Part shown: piece after piece, positions 54,540-64,000 of the stretch
How the letters are laid out: every line of letters starts with the position of its first letter
How positions within the stretch are numbered: the stretch's first letter is position 1
Source: the human T2T-CHM13v2.0 reference genome, Homo sapiens
DNA: 64,000 bases
NCBI RefSeq assembly: GCF_009914755.1
Contig: NC_060932.1
Reading direction: 5' to 3' (one strand)
The notes under the pieces: model-generated
What the model was told of the DNA's origin: nothing
Database searches by the model: none
What the model saw: only the letters and a program-made list of their open reading frames with translations
Made by a program: the position numbers and the translations under genes

Positions 54540-55170
54540 CTCATTCATTCAACAAGCATCGATTGAGTATCTAATCTATGGCAGGCACTGCACTGGGGTG
54601 GGGAAGTGAGGGCAGTGGCTGAGTCAGGGACCAGGGATGAAAGCAGGAATAGGGTACAACCTTTCACACAACAGATTTGCTCTGCCTTAGAGACAAACAT
54701 ATCTATCAGGGACAGAGACATTCCATAGCAACCAAACAAATCAGGGTATAATTACAAACTGTAATAAGCAGCATGAAGGAAAAGTAAGAGGGATATTGAG
54801 GGACTATATAGAGGGCCAGTGTCAAGAAAAGGTTTCTCTGGGGAAGCAACATTTGACCTGAGAGCTGGACGCTGAGTCCACTTTAGCCAACTAAAGACTT
54901 GGGTGAAGCAGTTTGGAACAGCAGGAACAGCATTTGCAAAGGCCTGAGGCAGGAAAGTGAAGTTAGTCAAAGGACTGAGAGAAGGCGCATGTGGTTGGAA
55001 ACTCTCAGCAAGTGAGGCAGAGGAGGAACTTGTTAGATATCTTTTCTATCTTATCCTAAATTCAAGAGATAACCAGCAAAGGATTTCCAGCAAAGAATGA
55101 TGAGAACAGATTTGTGGCTTGAAAAGATCACCCAGAAGAAGAGAGTGGAAAGAGTGCAAGAGTGGAAGCA
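54540..55170 (-). mobile_element. L2 fragment
   Basis: cattcattcaacaagcatcgattgagtatcta...ggcaggcactg; aggaacagcatttgcaaaggcctgaggcagg. Confidence 0.75.
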
Positions 55171-55191
55171 TTTTAAAAACAATCATGGTCT

Positions 55192-55312
55192 CAGAATTTA
55201 GAAATAACTTAGGGTCACCATCAGAATATTGGGAGCTAGTAAAATTGAGTGTTTATATTACATTCTTCAAATTTCAGTAATAAAATGGATCCCAAAGTTG
55301 AAAAAAAAAAAA
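55192..55312 (+). pseudogene. Orphan 5'-truncated retrocopy of a polyadenylated RNA 3' end (source unknown)
   Basis: AATAAA at 55279-55284, A12 starting 16 nt later, perfect 17-bp TSD aaaaacaatcatggtct (55175-55191 / 55308-55324) at a TTTT/AA-type L1 endonuclease site. Confidence 0.75.
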
Positions 55313-55324
55313 CAATCATGGTCT

Positions 55325-55634
<310 letters not shown>

Positions 55635-55849
55635 TAACAATCCTGGTTGTCTGGAGGGGAGAGTGGTGACTTGCATGAAAGTAAGGTGGCAGCAGAGAGG
55701 TACTAACAAATACCGATTTCATTTGAGCTACCACTTACAGGAAAAGGTAAGAGAGCCAGGGGAAAAAACAATTCTGTGTGCTCAGGGAAAATTATGAGAA
55801 TAAATTTCAAGGAATCCTAAAGTCTTACAGGGTCTGAAGACATATAATT

Positions 55850-56075
55850 AAAGCAAAAAGATAGATCTTAAGCACAGAACATTCACATAGCCTCAGGCTA
55901 CTACTTAAAGAAGAAATAGAAGGAAATATACCAATATGTTAACGGCGGTTATCTCACATTAAGGGTGCTTTTTATTTCTATATTTGTGTGTTGCTGTTTT
56001 CCAAGTTTTCTACAATCATTTGTGTGTTTCTTATGTAATTAGGAAAAAGCAACCATGTTACTAATTTAAAAAATA
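55850..56075 (+). mobile_element. Old L1ME 3' fragment
   Basis: aggaaatataccaatatgttaacggcggttatctc...ttttccaagttttctacaat. Confidence 0.6.
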
Positions 56076-56359
56076 ATAATGTCATCTTTTCACTTTCTGG
56101 GCATGTCTACAGGAAAGACTTAAAACTATCCCCTGGAATTACACCTTCCTAGTGCGATCATGACCCTTCCTGGGGAAGAGGTAGAGGGGCATTCGGAAAC
56201 AGTGATGGCCAATTCTCAGTCTCAGCCCCCACTGATCCTCAGGACAAAAACACATCCCTGTCATTGCTTTCTTCAATTTCCCTGATACAGTTCCTTTCTG
56301 TAGCTGACCTGCCTAGCGCTGCTCCAGAGCTGATTACATCAGAGACACATAACTGACTC

Positions 56360-56755
56360 ACATTAAGACAACTGAATTTTCTCTTAGGAATTTGGGGTGG
56401 AGGCGATGAGACTAAGGTGGAGAATCATGAGCAGAGTTAAACAAGAATGGGATGGCGCAGCACTGGGACACAGGTGATGTGCAGCCAGCCAAAGCCACGA
56501 AGAAGCAAAAGCTAAGAATCTCCCTGAGGAAAGCCCTAGGCAGAGAACAGAACAGAAACCCAGCAGCAGTAAGAGGCCACACAGCTCCAGAAAAGCAGAG
56601 AATGCAGCTCTGGTGCGGGCTGCCCACTCCCCTTCCCCAGATGGTCTTTCTTTTCTTAGATGTCTGTGAAATGGACTGTTATGTCCTTTCAATAAATCTT
56701 GTTTACTTGAATTTGGGGAGTTTCTCTTCCTTAGAACCAAAGGAGCTTTGACTAG
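56360..56755 (+). mobile_element. Ancient ERVL/MaLR-like LTR
   Basis: LTR-like 3' end: caataaatcttgtttacttgaa...gtttctcttccttagaaccaaaggagctttgact. Confidence 0.45.
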
Positions 56756-58045
56756 GAAATTTCCCTTCTATTCAACTAACAGCCCAACTTCTCATTATCT
56801 GCAAGCACACATGCATACAGAAGCCCACAGGCTAAAAACTTCCCTTTCCACAGTGCTCCCTCGATCCAAAGCCCCCCACCTTAAACCAGCCAGGTCAAGC
56901 CATGCTTCAGCTCCAAGATGGGTGCAGCTTCTCTGTACTCTCTACCTACAAGCCAAGTAAAGCAAGATCGGGCTATGGCCCCTGCCTTAAAGCCCATCCT
57001 GCATCTCCACCAAGAAACATGCAGCACCCGGTGACCTCATGCACTCTCCAAAGGCAGAAGTCTGCCCCTTGGGGAGAAGTCCCTGCAGGAGAGCCAAGGG
57101 CCTTGCAGCCACTGCTTCAAACCAGAGGAGAAAGGGAGTTTGACAGCTCCAAGGTAAAGCCTCTTTTTATTAAGACAACACAGCAAACTTTTTTAACCAC
57201 AGCTGACATCACTCTAATAAATCACCATCATGTCTTGTGGGATAGAAAAAGCCAAAACACTGTCACATTTGATTTTGCTGGCCACTCACGGCTCAAGAAC
57301 AAACCATGTGTTTTTAATCAACAACACTTTGTTTTGCATTTTTCAGCCTCAATACTCTTTAAATAGTTGCTTTTACCAGAGGGCTATTTTAAACCCAGGG
57401 CCAGCTTCTTTGCAGAGGACATTAAGAAACAGAACACCATGTTACCATCTCCCTAGGCTCAACCCAGGCACTTTCTCTTCTGTGATTATTATATACTATG
57501 AGGTCGTATCTGTCTGTTTCAGAGGGGGCTTTCCTCTTCCCTCCTTGGGAATTTAATTAGCTGTCTTCCCAGAAAGTTGGAGTTTTTTGGTTTCTCTAAC
57601 AGGCAACCTGACTGGGTTATGGGAAAACGGCAAATTCCCAGCCAAAGGAAACAGAGAGAGTCACATCTGGGACTAGAATTCCTAAGGAGGGAAAGAGGCG
57701 GTGGCAGAGGAGGGGGACTGTCGGAGGAAAAGGAGCAATAAAACAAGATTTCTGAAATGGCACATGTCGATTTCTGCATGCAAACAGGCCCCAGACTTCT
57801 TGGAGGTGGATGTGCTCGGACAAGCCAACGGAAGCCTGTGTGGTGCTCTCCTCTGGTTTTCTGGAAATGGGTAGTATCTCAAGGCAAGAATAAGCTGTGT
57901 GCAGGAAGCTTGCAGGAAAAGGGGTTCCTTGCCTGACCACCCGATATACCAGGACCTCGACAGTGATGGGCAGCTGGGTTCATGGTGCCCAGATATTTGT
58001 TTCTAACAACGTGACTTTACAAAGACAATAAAAAGGAACTGAGAC

Positions 58046-58343
58046 AGCCAGGCACGATGGCTCACACCTGTAATCCCAGCACTTTGGGAGGCTGAGGTGA
58101 GCGGATCACCTGAGGTCAGGAGTTCGAGACCAGCCTGGCCAACACGGAGAAACCCCATCTCTACTAAAAATACAAAAATTAGCTAGGCATGGTAGCACAC
58201 GCCTGTAATCCCAGCTACTCAGGAGGCTGAGGCAGGAGAATCACTTGAACCCAGGAGGCAGAGATTGCAGTGAGCCAAGATTGTGCCACTGCACTGCAGC
58301 CTGGATGACAGAGCAAGACTCTGTCTTAAAAAAAAAAAAAAAA
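58046..58343 (+). mobile_element. AluSx-like
   Basis: Full Alu; TSD ...actgagaca. Confidence 0.95.
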
Positions 58344-59378
58344 ATACTGAGACAGATGATCCCAACCTAAAGAAAAACTCTATACTGTTTGCTGAACAGT
58401 TAACTTAGGCCCAGTTGTACGGTCCAACCAAAGAGACAGGCGTGGCTACCATGTGGTTCTCATGTCAACTACCAGCCCTCAACCCTACAACAAAATTCTT
58501 TTCCTTGAGCGAAATCCTCCAAGGTGGGTCAGATCAGGGCTTTCTTCTTCCATGGTGGTCCTAATTGTTCATCCTGTGCTGATCAGATCATGTCACATGC
58601 TGCATGTCACATGGGGTGGCCCCTAGCTGGTATAACTATCCACACTGCATGTCAGATTCATCCTTTTCAGGGTCTTAGCAGAGAGTCTAGCTGCAGAGGA
58701 CCCTCAGTTGCTCAAAGCTCATTTTTTAATGAGGAGTCTTCATCAGCTAGATACTCTGGTGATTCCATTCTCTATGTACCATGCCATTAATTCATGAAAT
58801 GTGCTGTAAGCTTGATCTTACTCCCTGGAAAACCAACTCTGCCAGTGTCTACTGCAAAAGTGCCTGCTCCCAAACATCTTCTGCACCTGCGGTGAGAGAG
58901 GGGCAGTAGTTTATACACATCCCTGTCATTGGCTCTAGGGAGAATCTTCCAGGCTGAGTGCTGTCTGAAAGACTGTCTCCCATTGCCCAGAAACCCTTTG
59001 TTCCATGGTCAGTTCTGTCTCCCTCGAACAAATGCATCCTCCTTTCCGTGTGCCTGTATTACCTGTCACTTTGCAGCCTCACTGGGTTTTGCTGCATTAT
59101 CCTAGTCACCTGTGGGAGTTTCATCTGGTAATCCCTAAGCCCAGGTTAGGGATTACTTTTCCACTTGAGTATTATGAGTAGGTATTTAAACTCATGGCAT
59201 GGGTCCTCAATGTTCCATGGCAAATGTTTTCATTCATTTGATTATCTTCAAGAATGAACTAGAAAGCTTGGAAACATAGAAATATTTCCAATATTTTCAA
59301 ACTAGATAACTTGGAAATATTGGAAAACATCTTCTGGTTGCTATTTATATGGGTATTCCAGACTGGATTCAGAAGGAG

Positions 59379-59454
<76 letters not shown>
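59379..59454. repeat. (TG)n-(CG)n-(TG)n alternating purine-pyrimidine tract
   Basis: 76 bp of uninterrupted alternation with a central CG run. Confidence 0.95.
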
Positions 59455-59455
<1 letters not shown>

Positions 59456-59624
59456 TAGAGGATTGCAGATTCCAGGACTGGTACCTGGCAGGAACATTCT
59501 TAAGGAAGCCTCAGTAGTTTCCACCCAAGTTTCTTCATGTGTTCATCTCCACTTGCTTCCCAGGGCCTCCTATCCATAGTCTTGGCCAGGCACACTGGGG
59601 CATAAGGATCGGGGAATGATAGAG

Positions 59625-60412
<788 letters not shown>

Positions 60413-61094
60413 TTAGAAAAATAATCATTTCTTAAGCATCTACTCTGTGCCCAACACTGATCAGAAGTTTTACAGAGGCCTGGAAGGGTTTCCTCCATGT
60501 CAGGGATGGCATGTCCCAGGTCCCACAGGCCCCATGCCAGAGCAGGCTTTGGAACCCAGAGCCTGAGCTCCAGACACCACCCATTCAGCTTTCAACCGTA
60601 GCAATATCCTCACATCTGAGGACTTACTGACAAGCAGAGAAGCTCCAGGGAGCCCAGGCTGGAGGTATGCAATGTTCCTCTTATGAACAGCAAAACAGGC
60701 TGAAGTGGGAATGAAACTGTGCACAAGAGCACAAATTTGGGAGTTGCTGCCACTTGCTCAGCTGGGGACCCACCCTCCCTGGAAAGGCCGGGTGTAGCAG
60801 CCCAGAGGCCAAGAGACACACCACTGGACGGAGCGCCCAGCGCCCCTGCATTGTCCCATCCGGAAAAGCCAGGCCAGCCAGGTGAAGGACTGCAGCCGGG
60901 TTTAATGGAACATTGATGAACAAGACATACTTATTAGTAAACAATAATTACAGGAGAGCAGGTGCCCCAAGGGGAGCAGGTAACACGGCGGCCCCTTTTG
61001 CTAATGCCCTCTGTGCACCAACCCTGTTTGAAATTAAAACATCCCTGCTGTCAACACAAGCGTTTAAAGAGACCTGGATTTCTGTAATAGAAGA

Positions 61095-61330
61095 AGTAAT
61101 TCTAATGCCTGCTGTTAATTGAAGGCTTCATCATTTACAGGGTGCTTTCACAGAAACTAATGCATTTAATCCTCAGAACAAGCCTGCGAGGCAAGGATTT
61201 TTCCTTATCTCATTTTCTAGACGAGGAAACTGATGAAGGGGCAGGCCCAAGGTCACGCAGCTAGTCACTGAGTCATGGAGCCGGAATTTGAACTCAGGCC
61301 TTTGGAGGCAAGGCTGATGCCCTCTGCATT
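61095..61330 (-). mobile_element. MIR
   Basis: catttaatcctcagaacaagcctgcgagg...gacgaggaaactga...cccaaggtcacgcagctagt. Confidence 0.8.
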
Positions 61331-62160
61331 GCCCCACAGCTGCCCCCTAAACCATGCTAATAGCATTTGGTCAAAACCCCAATCCCCCCAGAAAATGTGC
61401 CCTGCACTGTGGAATTCTCTTTGCTGCTAGTCATCGGAGCCTGTATCCCTCCCAGCCCACATCCTGTGTTCTGGCTGAACTCTTGGGAGACATTCTTATT
61501 GTTCCCAGTGCTTCCCTTTTCGGAGTCGTAAGGCAGCTATGAGCAACAGTTTGGCAGCCCAGAAGAAGACCAAGGCAGGCAAAATCTGAAAAGTTTACAC
61601 ATAAGCATACACTCACAGAGACAGACACACACACACGCACACGCACTGCATTTCAATAGCAGCACATGTTCAGGGTAATGTTTTAAGTCTCCTCAAATTC
61701 TAGGTGGAAGTCATGAGCGAAAGAGATCATGAACGCTTCAAATATGGCTACGGAGTTATAAGCGTCATCACCAACTCACTGAAGATTAAGGAATCTGGGA
61801 ACAAATTAGCCTGTTGTAGACAGTGACTTAAGGAGAAGTCTCAGGGAGGAGCCAGAGAAGCCAACAACTTTAAATCCTGTAAAGTTTTTTAATCAAGTTA
61901 CACTATTATTTGAAATTGGCAGAACACCAATGGATTTAGTCCAAAGACATAATTTATGATTTTTTTTTTTTTGGTTTTCTTTTTTAAGGGCATTAGGGTT
62001 TTAGTTCCTTTTTTCCTTCTTCTTGAGGCTTTTTTTTTTTTTTGGCAATATGTCGCTTTCTTTTCTCAAATCTGTTTTCATCTAACATGTATAAAATGAA
62101 GCCAGTTCGAGGGAGCCCTCTATCCCCCTTCTCCTCATACCCCTAGAAGAGCTCACTTCT

Positions 62161-62450
62161 GGCCGGGCACAGTGGCTCATGCCTATAATTCCAGAACTTT
62201 GGGAGGCTGAGCAGGGAGGATCACCTGAGCCCAGGAGTTCCATATCAGCCTGGACAACATGGCAAAATCTCATCTCTCCAAAACATTTAAAAATTAGCCA
62301 GAAGTGGTGGCGTGTGCCGATAGTCACAGCTACTCAGGAGGCTGAAGTGGGAAGATGGCTAGAGTCCGGGAGTTTGAGGCTACAGTGAGCTATGACTGCA
62401 CCACTGCACTCCAGCCTGGGCAACAGAGGGAGACCCTGTCTCAAAAAAGA
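62161..62450 (+). mobile_element. AluJ
   Basis: Full dimeric Alu. Confidence 0.93.
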
Positions 62451-62471
62451 AAGGAAGGGGAAGGGTGGGGA

Positions 62472-62535
62472 GGAAGGAAGGAAGGAAGGAAGGAAGGAAG
62501 GAAGGAAGGAAGGAAGGAAGGAAGGAAGGAAGGAA
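62472..62535 (+). repeat. Perfect (GGAA)16 microsatellite
   Basis: 64 bp counted. Confidence 0.93.
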
Positions 62536-64000
62536 TGGGGCTCAGCCCTGTAGCCACAAGCAACATAATTTTGTGCAAATGGCTATCAACTCCCACTGGT
62601 TCTCCCTAACCATTCAGTTATTCCCTTGCAGAGAACGAGAGTGGGGTGAATGCCAAATCACCCTGAGATTATGAACTTTTCTCTCCAAGTGGCCCCTCTC
62701 CATTCCAAGTTCCCCTGAAAGTCTCCCTCTCAGGAGTTTTGTCCTCACAGGCCTCTCAGTTCCAGGAGGCTCCAGGCCCCTCCTGGCCCATCCCCACGCC
62801 CCAGAGGCCTCTCCGAAGGCTGCTCTCCCTACACTCCCTCGCTTCCTTCCCAGGGAGCCCCCGCGAGGCTTCGGTGCCCTGGGAGCACACACATACATGC
62901 AACTCCCCTCCCACAGGCCCTGAGAAACCCTGCAGATCAAAGAGCCCAGCAGCAGGGCCAGGTGTCCGTCCTCCTCCACAGGCCACGATTAATCAGACCG
63001 CCTGACTCACAAGGAGATCAAACTCGGCACCCCGCCAGCTGTTGGTGAACGCTGGCCTTCAAGTTGCCCTCATTAAATTTCCTTTCCCTCTTGCTCTCCC
63101 TGCTGACTCCCGTCCCGTGACCATCTCACTCTTGGATCTTCTTCTCGCGCTCTTCTCTCTCTCCCCACAGGCTTGCAACTTCTGTTTTCCCCCATTTCCT
63201 TTCTTCACCCTGTCCTTCTCTTGTTCTACTCACACCCTCTCCCCCACCTACCACCTCTGTCTCTCTTCAATTCATTTAAAATTCCAAAACCCCCAAGCCC
63301 CATGCCTGGAGAGTCCCTCCTGGACATCCCACTCGGCCTATAAAAGTTCCAACAAGGAAGCAGCATGGGATGTCAGTGCCAGGCTGCAGGGGTGGCCAGC
63401 CACTGAGGTATTGAGGAGGGGACTTCAAGGCCAAGGAGGAGTCCACCAATGCCGAGCTGAATTCTCACCTGACCTTCTTGGCAGCGGGCTCAGGCCTCCG
63501 CAGCAGCACTTCCCACCACACACACACACCATTTCCAGGCTGCTAGTCACTTTTTGTTTTCAAAAGACCTCTAAGCCCTCTTACAGGGAGCTTCTCAATG
63601 TAGCCTCTCATTATTGGATCAGCTATCCAGTCCTCACCCCACCTGTCCAGTTTGCAAACCTCACCGGAAGAACCAGTTTCAACTAGAACAAGAAATGCAG
63701 TCACCTAGAAGCTGGAAAAACGGGCAAAGATCCTTTCTATTCCTCCTATCAATGCCCAGAAAAAGGAAGAATGAGAGCATTGGATCCTGACTTCCACTCG
63801 GCTGATGTGTTGCGAATATTTACTCCAGTTGTCTAAGGATTATTTTTATACACTTTTTCTTGCAACAAACACTGGCAAAAAAAAAAAAAATTTAAATAAA
63901 AAAGCAAATACAGGCTGTACAGGCTGCAGGGTACTGTCCTCTCTTTCTCAGCCTCACTATATATACATCTACGGATTTTTTAACTTGTTTTTCATTTCAG

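Noticed and set aside
63042-63686. 214-aa ORF (also 192 aa at 32747-33325 and 179 aa at 46050-46589)
   Set aside because: No recognisable domain, biased composition or MIR overlap; within chance expectation for 64 kb

Overview
Primate, most likely human, non-coding genomic DNA. It carries many Alu, MIR, L2, L1PA/L1PB/L1M fragments, MaLR (THE1/MST/MLT1) LTRs, hAT/mariner relics and microsatellites. No credible protein-coding gene or RNA gene was recognised: the long ORFs are translations of simple repeats, Alus or L1. Several repeat-free blocks rich in homeodomain, TALE (TGACAG) and TCF motifs suggest a developmental regulatory landscape (inference), and the locus itself was not identified. 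The most unusual features seen directly are: (1) three local templated duplications of ~105-244 bp, each with its second copy 1.6-2.5 kb away, all within 2.7-17.3 kb and each with microhomology or foldback junctions; (2) an orphan ~110-bp polyadenylated retrocopy with AATAAA and a perfect 17-bp TSD, inserted into an Alu target site; (3) a 2-kb TATAGCA-based minisatellite hosting three transposons; (4) three helically phased TCF/LEF sites. I see no evidence for a new gene system; the novelty here is structural or regulatory. Repeat subfamily calls come from recalled consensus sequences and many boundaries are approximate.
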